DNA from: an uncultured Candidatus Melainabacteria bacterium
GTDB taxonomy: Bacteria; Cyanobacteriota; Vampirovibrionia; Gastranaerophilales; Gastranaerophilaceae
Length of the DNA: 64,000 nucleotides
Direction: 5' to 3'
Assembly: GCA_934700335.1 (NCBI GenBank)
Contig: CAKUXM010000006.1
Span: 24,165-88,164, forward strand
Below are positions 1 to 8,484 of the stretch, piece by piece. Each line of letters begins with the position of its first letter. The stretch's first letter is position 1. The notes under the pieces were generated by a model. That model saw only the letters and a list, made by a program, of their open reading frames with translations, was not told the origin of the DNA and did no database searches. The position numbers and the translations under genes are program-made.

Positions 1-54
1 TAATTCGTCTGACAAAGACCTGCTTTCTGCATAGTTCATAATTCTTAACAATAA

Positions 55-95
55 AGCAATTTTTTTTAGGGCATGGAGTTTAAATAATAGTGTAG
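55..95 (+). promoter_or_regulatory. GCAAT-N20-TATATA class promoter-like motif (copy g) upstream of HNH paralog A
   Basis: AGCAAT 55-60, exactly 20 nt, TAAATA 81-86, then ATAGTGTAGATG. The 8-mer CATGGAGT lies at 72-79, one nt before the -10-like hexamer. Confidence 0.5.
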
Positions 96-100
96 ATGTA

Positions 101-1381
101 TTGCAATTTACAAAATTTTTATATAGAAAGTGTGTTATTTTGAACATTAATGAATTGAGAGCAACTGTTTTAACAAACAAAGTAGAAACAAAGGCTAAAG
201 ATAATAAGGAAGAAAAAACACAATTACCTCTAGCAAACAACAAAGAAGTCATAAATGACAAGGGTGCTGCCGCATTAAAGAGCTATTTTATAGGAGCTCA
301 ACAAGTCGCATTTAAAGGTTTTCCGTGTGATACTGGTGAATTTAACCATAATATGGCAATGGTTCCATGCGCATGTTGCGGTAAGAAAATGCTTGCAGGC
401 AACGAAAATGTAGATAAATTTGCACAAAAATTAACTCAAATTAAAGGAGAAGAAAGAAATAATTTTATAGATGATACAATGGATATTTACCGTCCGGTTG
501 AAAAAACAATTATCAGAGGTATGAAAGCTTTAGGTGAAAAATATCCAGATAAAACAACATTTGAATTATGTGCTGAAATGGCTAAGGATCCAGAAGGTAT
601 TTTGAAAAATGGTCAATTAGCTGTTTTAGATGATGTTGATGCAAAAGCTAAAGAAATTTATGGTGAAGATAACAAGATTTCAAAATTTGTTAAATCGCAA
701 AAACCACTTATAAACGGTCAAGAAAATAATCCAAAATTTAACAGAGCTAATTTCGTTGCTGAAATGGACAATTTAACAACAGAAATGGGCGATGCTAAAG
801 CAAAAGGTAAAGTCTTAAATGTCGCAATTGACATGCCATTTGAAGATGATTATTTCCAAAAAATGACAAAGAAAATTACACAACCAAGAAAATTTATTAG
901 AACATTATATTGCAATGCTGTAAAAACAGCTGAACACATTCACCCAAAATCTTTAGGTGGTCCAAACAACACTGAAAACTACATGAGTGAATGTAATGAA
1001 TGTAATGAAAACAGACAAAATTATGATTTGAATTCATATTGGATGAGCAGATATCCATCAATGCCATACAACGTTCAACAATTCTGTGATGATGTAACAG
1101 AAAAAGTTGTATCAGGCAAAATTGGTCCTCACTTCGTTGATTATCCAAAAGACTTAAAAGTTGCAGTTGAATCAGAAACAAAAGGTGCAATTACATTAAA
1201 AGTCTTAAATCCAGAAGAAATCAATAAGAAAAGAGCAGAAAAGGGCTTAGAACCTCTTCCTCAGCCAACAGCAGAAAACGTTGAAAAAGCAAGAAGAGAA
1301 CAAAGAAAACAACCTCACGAACAAAACCCTCTTCCGGCTCCAAGACCAGCAAAAGCCCCAACAACTAAAAAAGCAGCGTAG
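101..1381 (+). CDS. HNH-motif protein, tandem paralog A (N-terminal Cys cluster, Pro/Lys-rich basic tail)
   Basis: 426-codon ORF. EHIHPKSLGGPNNTENYMSECNECNENR fits the HNH nuclease signature (acid-H-x-x-P-x-S-x-G-G ... N ... CxxCN). Cys cluster FPCDTGEF...VPCACCG. Alignable end to end with the next ORF. There is no in-frame ATG near the 5' end, so the start must be TTG (101, 140 or 155). Confidence 0.75.
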   Translation: MQFTKFLYRKCVILNINELRATVLTNKVETKAKDNKEEKTQLPLANNKEVINDKGAAALKSYFIGAQQVAFKGFPCDTGEFNHNMAMVPCACCGKKMLAGNENVDKFAQKLTQIKGEERNNFIDDTMDIYRPVEKTIIRGMKALGEKYPDKTTFELCAEMAKDPEGILKNGQLAVLDDVDAKAKEIYGEDNKISKFVKSQKPLINGQENNPKFNRANFVAEMDNLTTEMGDAKAKGKVLNVAIDMPFEDDYFQKMTKKITQPRKFIRTLYCNAVKTAEHIHPKSLGGPNNTENYMSECNECNENRQNYDLNSYWMSRYPSMPYNVQQFCDDVTEKVVSGKIGPHFVDYPKDLKVAVESETKGAITLKVLNPEEINKKRAEKGLEPLPQPTAENVEKARREQRKQPHEQNPLPAPRPAKAPTTKKAA

Positions 1382-1409
1382 GTTAAAATTAAAATTATAA
1401 GTTTAAAAA

Positions 1410-1441
1410 AGATGAGTTAACATAGTTTAACTCATCTTTTT
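1410..1441 (+). terminator. rho-independent terminator after HNH paralog A
   Basis: 11-bp stem AGATGAGTTAA / TTAACTCATCT, 6-nt loop, TTTT run. Confidence 0.75.
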
Positions 1442-1595
1442 ATACGATTTTGTAAATAAATTGTAAATATTTGTTAAAATAGGTAGCAAAAATATATTTT
1501 AGAGTCATTATAGATATATCCACAGAATATATGTCCACACAATAGAACAATTTTCTGCAATTTACGAAGATATTTAAGAAGGGTAGAGTAGGTAA

Positions 1596-2855
1596 ATGAA
1601 GATTAATGCTATTTCAATGGCAGCACCTGCAACATTTAGTGTTCAAAACAAAGCTGCTGAAAAAAATCCACAACTAGTAACAAATCCAATCGAAAACAGA
1701 TTTCCACAACAAACAAACAATGGCGCAAAAGCTATTATGAACTATTTCTTGGGTATGCAAAACGTACCATCATTCAAAGGCTATCCTTGTTCAACAGGTG
1801 AGTTTGTTGTTAAACAAATAAACAACGTACCATGCGCATGCTGTGGCGCTGAAATGATGAACTCTAAAGAACAAAATGAGTTTGTTGCAATCGCTTCAAA
1901 AGCTAAAGGTGAAGAATTAGCAAACGTATTTGCATCAAATTTACACAAAATCAGACGTAATGAAAGACCTGTAGCTCGTGAATTAATGGAAAGAGCTATC
2001 AAATATCCAAATCAAAAACTTTCTGAATTGGCTGATAAAGATATGAATTCTACAAAACTTTTCAACAGAGAAAACTTAATCGTTTTAGATAACGTTGATA
2101 AAAAAGCTCAAGAACTTTACGGTGAAAAAAATAAAGTTTCTAAATACGCTCAAAGCCAAAAATCTATGATTGAAAGAAATGTTAGAAACGGTTTTGGCAG
2201 AGGTACATTCTTAGCTAACCTTAAAAAATTAACAGAAGATGATCAAGAAAAATCTCAAAAATTATTAACAGAAGCTATTGAATTACCACTAGACGAAAAA
2301 GGCGTTGCTAAAGTTATTCAAAAAGTTCAAGCTTCAGATTCAGTTGGTATCGCAAGAAGACTAATCGCAACAGCAGTTATGACAACTGAACATATTCACC
2401 CAAAATCTAAAGGTGGTCCAAACAACACTGAAAACTATATGGGCGAATGTGCTGAATGTAACAACAACAGAGGTAGCCAAAACTTAAATCAATACTGGCA
2501 ATCAACTTATCCAAATATGCCATCAGCTACTCAAAAATATGCTGATTACATTTCTGAACAAATCATTAATGGTAAAATGGGTACAAAATACGAAGACCAC
2601 ATGGTTGATTTAGAAAAAGCAGTTGAAGGCGAAACTCAAGGTGCTATCGATTTAAAAGTTTTAAATCCAGAAGAAATCGATAAAGTTAGAAAAGAACGTG
2701 GTTTACCAGCTCCAACTCCATTACCACAAAAACCAAAACCAGAAAAAACTGAAGATAAAAAAGACGAAACAAAAATTTCTGGTTCTAAAAAACCAAATGG
2801 AACTAAAAAACCACACGGTGGTAAAAAACCTACTAGAAGACCAACTAGAAAATAA
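1596..2855 (+). CDS. HNH-motif protein, tandem paralog B
   Basis: 419-codon ORF with ATG start. TEHIHPKSKGGPNNTENYMGECAECNNNR HNH signature. Same Cys cluster (YPCSTGEF...VPCACCG) and same C-terminal LKVLNPEEI block as paralog A. Lys/Pro-rich tail (KKPNGTKKPHGGKKPTRRPTRK). Confidence 0.8.
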   Translation: MKINAISMAAPATFSVQNKAAEKNPQLVTNPIENRFPQQTNNGAKAIMNYFLGMQNVPSFKGYPCSTGEFVVKQINNVPCACCGAEMMNSKEQNEFVAIASKAKGEELANVFASNLHKIRRNERPVARELMERAIKYPNQKLSELADKDMNSTKLFNRENLIVLDNVDKKAQELYGEKNKVSKYAQSQKSMIERNVRNGFGRGTFLANLKKLTEDDQEKSQKLLTEAIELPLDEKGVAKVIQKVQASDSVGIARRLIATAVMTTEHIHPKSKGGPNNTENYMGECAECNNNRGSQNLNQYWQSTYPNMPSATQKYADYISEQIINGKMGTKYEDHMVDLEKAVEGETQGAIDLKVLNPEEIDKVRKERGLPAPTPLPQKPKPEKTEDKKDETKISGSKKPNGTKKPHGGKKPTRRPTRK

Positions 2856-2866
2856 TTAAAATAAAT

Positions 2867-2904
2867 AAAAAGAGTGGCGAAGCCTTCGGCTTCGCCACTC
2901 TTTT
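2867..2904. terminator. bidirectional hairpin terminator between HNH paralog B (+) and yqeK (-)
   Basis: 17-bp GC-rich stem AAAAGAGTGGCGAAGCC / GGCTTCGCCACTCTTTT flanked by an A-run and a T-run. Confidence 0.8.
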
Positions 2905-2926
2905 TATTGTAAAAAATTTTTTAAAC

Positions 2927-3529
2927 TTAAACTAAATCAAGAAGCTCATTATAGATATCAATTGTAAGCTTACAGATTTTTAAATTTCTGTCGCAAAGAC
3001 TTTTAATTGTGGCATTGTAACAATTAAAAAGTGCTTTGTCTAAACCATGTTCTTCTTTTAAAAGTTTTCGGTTAAGTTTGCACCAATCTTTGTCTCTTGT
3101 TTCTGTTTCGATTTTGTCTGCAAGAAAAATAATTTTTTCAAAAAGGCTCATGTTGATTTTGCCTAATGTATGCCAACGGATTGCAGATAGAATTTCTTCA
3201 TCTTGTACCCCAAAGACTGTTTTTGCTATGTAGGCACCAATTGGTGCATGCCAAGTTTTGTAATTAATTTTTTCTTCTTCTGTTATATTAACTTTGTCGA
3301 AGTATGATTTAGAAGTTTCTTTGTCAAAACACTTTGCGCAGTCGTGTAGAAGTCCTGCTAAATATGCTTTTTCTGGGTCTATTCCATATTTTAAAGCTAA
3401 TTCTTTAGCGCAATCAGCTACACCAAGTGTGTGTCTGTAACGTTCATCATTTAGATTGTTTTTTAACCAATCTTTTATTTCTTCTAAATTTTTAGTTATT
3501 GTTGTCGTCATTTTTTTCTTCGGTGTCAA
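2927..3529 (-). CDS. yqeK: HD-domain phosphohydrolase YqeK (bis(5'-nucleosyl)-tetraphosphatase family)
   Basis: HD motifs HTLGVADCAKE...LAGLLHDCAK. Directly follows and overlaps nadD, as in the conserved nadD-yqeK pair. An alternative start is M7 at 3511. Confidence 0.85.
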   Translation of the reverse strand: MTPKKKMTTTITKNLEEIKDWLKNNLNDERYRHTLGVADCAKELALKYGIDPEKAYLAGLLHDCAKCFDKETSKSYFDKVNITEEEKINYKTWHAPIGAYIAKTVFGVQDEEILSAIRWHTLGKINMSLFEKIIFLADKIETETRDKDWCKLNRKLLKEEHGLDKALFNCYNATIKSLCDRNLKICKLTIDIYNELLDLV

Positions 3530-4160
3530 TTTTAACTGTGTTTAACAGAATTTTATCTTCTTCTGGTTTTGGTCTGTATAATTGATTTTTATTGATGTAA
3601 TCAATAACGCTAGGAGGCATAAGCCCTGTTACAGGTTTACCCTTTTTAATTCTTGATCGTATAACTCTTGATGCTAAATCAATAAATGCAAATTTAGCTA
3701 TTTCAAAATCATAGCCTCTTTCTTTTAAATAGTCAAAATAATGAATGTTAAAATCTTTTTCTCTAGGGAATACTATGAAATGGATTAAATCTTTTAATTT
3801 ATCGGCTTCATACCAGTTTTCAAATTCTTTGAAAGCATCTGTTCCGATAACAAAATTAATTTTACCTTCAATACTTGGATAACGTTTATATAATTCTTGG
3901 ATAGTTAGATATGTGTATGAGTATCTAACGTTGCTGTATTCAATGTTACTGAAGCTAAATTTGCTTTCGCCAGAGATTGCTAACTTGACCATAGTAAGTC
4001 TGTGGTGAGCCAATTCATCATCAATTTCTTTATGAGGTGGCTTATAAGCAGGGACAAATAAAATAACATCAAAATCATAATTAGCTCTTATAAAGTTAGC
4101 AACAGCTAAATGAGCATTGTGGATAGGGTTAAATGTTCCAAAATAAACACATAATTTCAT
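3492..4160 (-). CDS. nadD: nicotinate-nucleotide adenylyltransferase
   Basis: N-terminal GTFNPIHNAHL nucleotidyltransferase motif, about 220 aa, with the yqeK neighbour. Confidence 0.9.
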   Translation of the reverse strand: MKLCVYFGTFNPIHNAHLAVANFIRANYDFDVILFVPAYKPPHKEIDDELAHHRLTMVKLAISGESKFSFSNIEYSNVRYSYTYLTIQELYKRYPSIEGKINFVIGTDAFKEFENWYEADKLKDLIHFIVFPREKDFNIHYFDYLKERGYDFEIAKFAFIDLASRVIRSRIKKGKPVTGLMPPSVIDYINKNQLYRPKPEEDKILLNTVKIDTEEKNDDNNN

Positions 4161-4193
4161 TTTTGCTTCCTCGTATTTACATTTGTATTTTAC

Positions 4194-4224
4194 AAAAAAA
4201 AACCTGATTTGTAAATAAATCAGG
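4194..4224 (-). terminator. rho-independent terminator of the 56-aa ORF
   Basis: On the minus strand: stem CCTGATTT / AAATCAGG followed by a 9-nt U-run (A-run 4194-4202 on plus). Confidence 0.7.
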
Positions 4225-4298
4225 CTTTACATTAAAACTTTATCTAAGGTAATTAATGTTAAATAAGTGTGTGTGAGTAAGTGTTAGTTAGTGTGTGT

Positions 4299-4469
4299 TT
4301 AATTTAATTTCAAATCTACTTTATTGTTGAAAGCAATCATATTCATGTAAGAAAATAACATGTCCGATTTGTCAGCGGCTTTTTCCTCATCAGTTTTAGG
4401 CTTCATATTTTCAAGAGCCATTTCCATTTGTTGTTGTAATGGATCAATCTTTAAATCGCCAACTGGCAT
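4299..4469 (-). CDS. small hypothetical protein (56 aa)
   Basis: ATG at 4469 is preceded by GAGGAG 7 nt upstream. The track ORF starts at a GTG inside that SD. The ORF has its own terminator and its own GCAAT-class promoter motif. No family recognised. Confidence 0.6.
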   Translation of the reverse strand: MPVGDLKIDPLQQQMEMALENMKPKTDEEKAADKSDMLFSYMNMIAFNNKVDLKLN

Positions 4470-4490
4470 ATCAAAACTCCTCACATTTTA

Positions 4491-4533
4491 CTCTCTACAT
4501 TTCTATAAACAAATTTGGGACTTTCTAATTTCA
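4491..4533 (-). promoter_or_regulatory. GCAAT-N20-TATATA class motif (copy n) for the 56-aa ORF
   Basis: Minus strand reads GCTGAAAT, 20 nt, TATAGA, then AATGTAGAGAG. TGAAAT is the rc of 4528-4533 and TATAGA the rc of 4502-4507. Confidence 0.5.
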
Positions 4534-4589
4534 GCAAAACTAAATTTTGTTACAAAAGTTAATAAAAATCCCCAAAACCATGTAAAATA

Positions 4590-4630
4590 GGCAATTTACA
4601 TGAAAAAACTGTTTTTATATAGGAGTAAGG
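4590..4630 (+). promoter_or_regulatory. GCAAT-N20-TATATA class motif (copy a) for the 449-aa ORF
   Basis: GGCAAT 4590-4595, 20 nt, TATATA 4616-4621, then GGAGTAAGG. Divergent from copy n. Confidence 0.5.
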
Positions 4631-4639
4631 TTTATTAAT

Positions 4640-5989
4640 TTGGTGGTTAAATTGGTACAAGGTTTAGGTTCAAAATCATATAGATATCCTCAAAAAGACT
4701 TACAAATCTTAGCTAGATACGCTAATGGTTTGGAAGTTAAACCTAAACAAGAAAAAATCACTGATGGTTTAGACCCAATGAACTTAATGTCATATCCATT
4801 GACAATGTCTGCATTTGAAGGTTACCAATGGTTAAAAACTAATAAAGGTAATTACAAAAATGCTTTTAATGAAGTAGCGAGAGATGCAAAATCTGCAAAT
4901 AACGTATTAAAAAAATCTGGTATTAATGGTGTTTTAAGAAGCGCAAGCGCTCAAAACGTTTTATCAAATATTCCAGCTGCTGAATATACAAAAACTTTAT
5001 CAAAAAATGCACAAAGCTTATATGCGCAAGCTGAAACATACGCAAAAGGCGCTATGGGTACTGTAGGTAATCCTAAAAACTTGTTGAAACAAGCAAACCA
5101 AAAATTAGTTGAAGCAAGAGCTTTAGACTATGCAGAAGCTGCAAAAGCCGGTGGTATCTTTAATAAAGTTAAAAATGCTTTAGGTATCACAGCAGTAAAC
5201 AATGGTTTAAACAAATTAGCTGTTAAATCACCAACTTTCTCAAAATGTTTAGATGCATATAGAAATGAAGCAGGTTCATTTATGTTAGCAGTTGAAGGTG
5301 GTGTTGAAGTTGCAACAAATGTTGTTCCTACTTTCAGAAAATTAGGAGTAAAAAGAGGTTTTAAACAACTTGGTAAATCAGCTGTAACAACTCTTTCATC
5401 AGTTGCAGGTTGGGTAGCAGGTTCTGTTGTAGGTTCAAAACTTGGTACAATCATTAAAGCTGCTACAGGTAATAGCAAAGTTGGTGCTTTAATTGGTACA
5501 TTTGCTGACAAAGCTTGTTCTTATGTAGGCGGTTCAATTGTACAAAATTTAGCATCTAATGCTTCAAGAAAATTAGTTGGTAAGTCTGAATTAGAAAAAG
5601 CTAAAGATGAAGAAACAGATGCAATTGCTGAAATGGCTCAAAATGATGAAGAAGTTTTACAAGCATTGTTAGAAGCAGCAAATCAAAGAATGGAAGCTGA
5701 AGGAACAGAAACAGAAGATTATAAATTAGTTCAAGAAGCTTGCAGAAACTTGATTATGAGTCAACAACCTTCTCCGATGTTGAACAGAGAACAACTTGCA
5801 GCAGTAGCAGAAGCTTTAGAAGATAAAGAACCTGTTGTTGCTCAACAACCACAAGTTCAAGCTCAACAACAAACAGTTGTTACTAATCCTCAAACTTCTA
5901 ACTTGCCTCAAGATTCAGCTAGAGCACAAAGAGCTTTAAAAAATACAGCAGCATTTATGGATAAAGTTTCAAACACTTTACTTAAATAA
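4640..5989 (+). CDS. hypothetical protein with Gly/Ala/Val-rich hydrophobic core and Gln-rich tail
   Basis: 449-codon ORF with a TTG/GTG start region only about 10-15 nt after the predicted -10. Central stretch GWVAGSVVGSKLGTIIKAATGNSKVGALIGTF, an acidic helical region, then QQPQVQAQQQ. No family recognised. Confidence 0.7.
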   Translation: MVVKLVQGLGSKSYRYPQKDLQILARYANGLEVKPKQEKITDGLDPMNLMSYPLTMSAFEGYQWLKTNKGNYKNAFNEVARDAKSANNVLKKSGINGVLRSASAQNVLSNIPAAEYTKTLSKNAQSLYAQAETYAKGAMGTVGNPKNLLKQANQKLVEARALDYAEAAKAGGIFNKVKNALGITAVNNGLNKLAVKSPTFSKCLDAYRNEAGSFMLAVEGGVEVATNVVPTFRKLGVKRGFKQLGKSAVTTLSSVAGWVAGSVVGSKLGTIIKAATGNSKVGALIGTFADKACSYVGGSIVQNLASNASRKLVGKSELEKAKDEETDAIAEMAQNDEEVLQALLEAANQRMEAEGTETEDYKLVQEACRNLIMSQQPSPMLNREQLAAVAEALEDKEPVVAQQPQVQAQQQTVVTNPQTSNLPQDSARAQRALKNTAAFMDKVSNTLLK

Positions 5990-6114
5990 TAAATTAGATT
6001 TTAGATAGTATAAAAATCCGAAAAATAATGTCTAGTAGAGAGACGTGTTTTCGGATTTTTTATTGATAAAAAAATTTTATTATATAAACACGGAGAAAGT
6101 AGGGGGAATTTGTT

Positions 6115-6783
6115 ATGTCAATACCAGTAAGAATACTAATGGTAGAAGATCATAAATTAATGAGAGTGGGCTTAAAATCATTGTTTGACGAATATGAAGA
6201 TTTAAATATTGTTGCTGAAGCAGAAAGTGCAAGAGAGGCGATGAATATTGTAAAAACGATGCAGATAGATGTTGTTTTAATGGATATTGGATTGCCAGAT
6301 ATGAGTGGGATAGAACTTACTAAAAAGATTTTAGAATACAATAATAAGATTAAAGTTGTGGTGTTGACAAGTCATCTTTCAGAGAAGGAAATTTTCAATT
6401 CACTTTCTGCGGGGGCGAGTGCTTACGTGTTAAAGGATATTAATACAGATGTTTTAATGATGATTATTAGAAGCATAAAAGATGGTGCAATGTGGATTGA
6501 CCCTCAGGCTGTGCCTATTTTGAGGGATAAGAATAATGGTACAGTTATTCCTCAGCGACAAATGACAAGAGCTGCATTTAGGGAACAACATTCAAATTTA
6601 ACACAAAGGGAATACGAGGTTTTGAAACTAATTGTTGATGGAAAATCTAATCATGAAATTGCTGAGCTGTTGACAATTAGTGAACATACGGCAAAGGCAC
6701 ATGTTTGTAATGTTATCCAAAAACTTGTGGTTGATGATAGAACACAAGCGGCAGTAAAGGCTCTGAAAGAGGGCTTGGTGTAG
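6115..6783 (+). CDS. NarL/LuxR-family response regulator (REC + LuxR HTH), orphan
   Basis: Receiver motifs (ILMVEDH ... DVVLMDIGLPDMSG) and a C-terminal LTQREYEVLKLIVDGKSNHEIAELLTISEHTAKAHV. No sensor kinase gene adjacent. Confidence 0.9.
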   Translation: MSIPVRILMVEDHKLMRVGLKSLFDEYEDLNIVAEAESAREAMNIVKTMQIDVVLMDIGLPDMSGIELTKKILEYNNKIKVVVLTSHLSEKEIFNSLSAGASAYVLKDINTDVLMMIIRSIKDGAMWIDPQAVPILRDKNNGTVIPQRQMTRAAFREQHSNLTQREYEVLKLIVDGKSNHEIAELLTISEHTAKAHVCNVIQKLVVDDRTQAAVKALKEGLV

Positions 6784-6793
6784 TTGGTGAGAG

Positions 6794-7158
6794 GTGAATA
6801 GTGAGTGGTGAGTGAGCAGAGTTATTTCCACTCGCCACGAAATAATAAAGTAGGTCGGGTTCAACAATTTAATTGAACTTGACATTTCTGAATTTGTCGT
6901 GTTGAATTAATTCGTTCAACACGACCTACTAATTACTAGCCACGAAGGGGAGAGGAGATTTTTTTCACGAATTTATGAGTGCATAAAAAATCGGTGAGGG
7001 TGCTATTTGATTGCTAAAAATATTTGTCATTCCGTGCTAGACACGGAATCTGAGGTTGGTGAATGGATAATGCGGTCGTTGGTCAGATTCTGAAATAAAT
7101 TCAGAATGACACAAAAGGTACAGCAATGACAATATGAGTAATTCTACTCACTACTCAC
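6794..7158. repeat. composite palindromic repeat cluster A bounded by 13-nt inverted termini
   Basis: GTGAATAGTGAGT at 6794-6806 and ACTCACTACTCAC at 7146-7158 (reverse complement with 1 mismatch). The interior holds an 80-nt nested palindrome at 6850-6929 (GTAGGTCG ... CGACCTAC with two inner hairpins) and a 70-nt repeat copy. Visibly GC-richer than its surroundings. Confidence 0.7.
7024..7093 (+). repeat. 70-nt interspersed repeat, copy A
   Basis: TTGTCATTCCGTGCTAGACACGGAATCTGAGGTTGGTGAATGGATAATGCGGTCGTTGGTCAGATTCTGA. 64/70 identical to 20002-20071 and about 57/70 to the reverse complement of 19364-19433. Contains the hairpin ATTCCGTG/CACGGAAT. Confidence 0.85.
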
Positions 7159-7171
7159 AAATATCTATTCG

Positions 7172-8005
7172 CTATATCTGTGCAAAGATAACTCTATCAA
7201 TATTTGCCAAGTCTTTTTCTATTTGGATATTTTTAAAACCATTTTGTAAAAGAAGATTCTTTACATATTCGCTTTGTCCAATGCCAAGTTCAAACAAAAT
7301 ATATCCTTTAGGGTTTAAATGTTTTGGTGCATTTTGGATAATTTTTTCATAAAATTCTAAGCCTTTATCGTCTTTTGTATAAAGAGCTAAATCAGGTTCT
7401 TTCAAAACTTCTTTTTGAATATGAGCTTTTTCTTGATGTGGAATATAAGGCGGATTTGAAACAATAATATCAAATTTTTCACCATTAAGATTTGAAAAGA
7501 GGTCAGACTCTTTAAAAGAAACTCTTTTATCAAGAATTAATTTTTTGGCATTTTGATTTGCGACCTCTAGAGCCTCTTTAGAAATGTCTACGCCTAAAAT
7601 ATTACCATTTATGGCTTTTGCTATGGAACATGCAATACAACCGCTTCCAGTGCCGATATCTAAGATTTTTTTAGAGTTTGTTCTTAATGCAATTTCGAGA
7701 GCCTTTGTAACAAGAATTTCTGTCTCGTCTCGAGGTATCAAAACATTTTTGTTAACAATAAATTTTTCACCCATAAAATCGGCAAAACCGATAATATACT
7801 GAACAGGGTTTCCTGTTCTTATTCTTTCTAAAACTTTTTCTCTCACCAAGTTTAGTTTTGACGTATCAAGTTTTTTACCAAAAAGAATGTCGATTGTTTT
7901 AAAATTACAAAAATGTTCTAGCAATAATTTAACTTCTGCGTTAGCTTCATTTTTTTCAATACCTGCATCAATTAAAAGGTTCGCTATCTCTTGAATGCTC
8001 ATCAA
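7172..8005 (-). CDS. prmC: release-factor glutamine methyltransferase (HemK/PrmC family)
   Basis: SAM motif DIGTGSG and catalytic NPPY (SNPPYIP). 277 aa. Confidence 0.85.
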   Translation of the reverse strand: MMSIQEIANLLIDAGIEKNEANAEVKLLLEHFCNFKTIDILFGKKLDTSKLNLVREKVLERIRTGNPVQYIIGFADFMGEKFIVNKNVLIPRDETEILVTKALEIALRTNSKKILDIGTGSGCIACSIAKAINGNILGVDISKEALEVANQNAKKLILDKRVSFKESDLFSNLNGEKFDIIVSNPPYIPHQEKAHIQKEVLKEPDLALYTKDDKGLEFYEKIIQNAPKHLNPKGYILFELGIGQSEYVKNLLLQNGFKNIQIEKDLANIDRVIFAQI

Positions 8006-8474
8006 TTATCTCACTTATCATATTTTTTAAATCTAATTTTGAAAGCTCTTTCGTGTCTTTCTTTTCTATATTATATTTTTTACACAAACGCTCATAATAA
8101 TAAAGTTGTTTTTTTGTAGGTTCTTCTTTACCCATTTTAACCTCTTGTAAAAACTTGCGTTTTTCTTTTTCAAAAGCCTTTTGTTTTTCGATAAGAGGTT
8201 TTTGTTTTTCTTTGTAATCGTAGTAGCGTTTGCATTCTTGAAGATATTTTATTGTTTCGGAGCGAAAAGAGTCTTCACCAAGTAGGTCTTTTAAAAACTC
8301 AAAATGAGGGTTTCTTACATCAAAGTAGTATTGCTCATTTTCAATAAATTTATCAAAAATTTCATAGACACTCAAAAAGGGACTTTTTTTAACCAAAGCC
8401 CTCAAGAAGTTACACAATGCTGATTTTTGAGTTTTATCGAGACTCAAAAATATGCTATTTTTGATATTATACAT
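7968..8474 (-). CDS. hypothetical protein (168 aa, Lys/Glu-rich)
   Basis: Intact ORF between the 56-aa ORF and prmC on the same strand. Its 3' end overlaps the prmC start. No family recognised. Confidence 0.6.
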   Translation of the reverse strand: MYNIKNSIFLSLDKTQKSALCNFLRALVKKSPFLSVYEIFDKFIENEQYYFDVRNPHFEFLKDLLGEDSFRSETIKYLQECKRYYDYKEKQKPLIEKQKAFEKEKRKFLQEVKMGKEEPTKKQLYYYERLCKKYNIEKKDTKELSKLDLKNMISEIIDEHSRDSEPFN

Positions 8475-8484
8475 AAATTAAATA

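Noticed and set aside
4590-4621. Reading the GGCAAT box of the ten-copy motif as a sigma54 -24 element (TGGCAC-N5-TTGC).
   Set aside because: The positions 10-11 nt downstream of the GG are not conserved and lack the GC dinucleotide (TTTGA, TTTTA, ATGAA, TAAAA, TGAAG, TGGCT in different copies). The conserved partner is instead a TATATA box 20 nt away.
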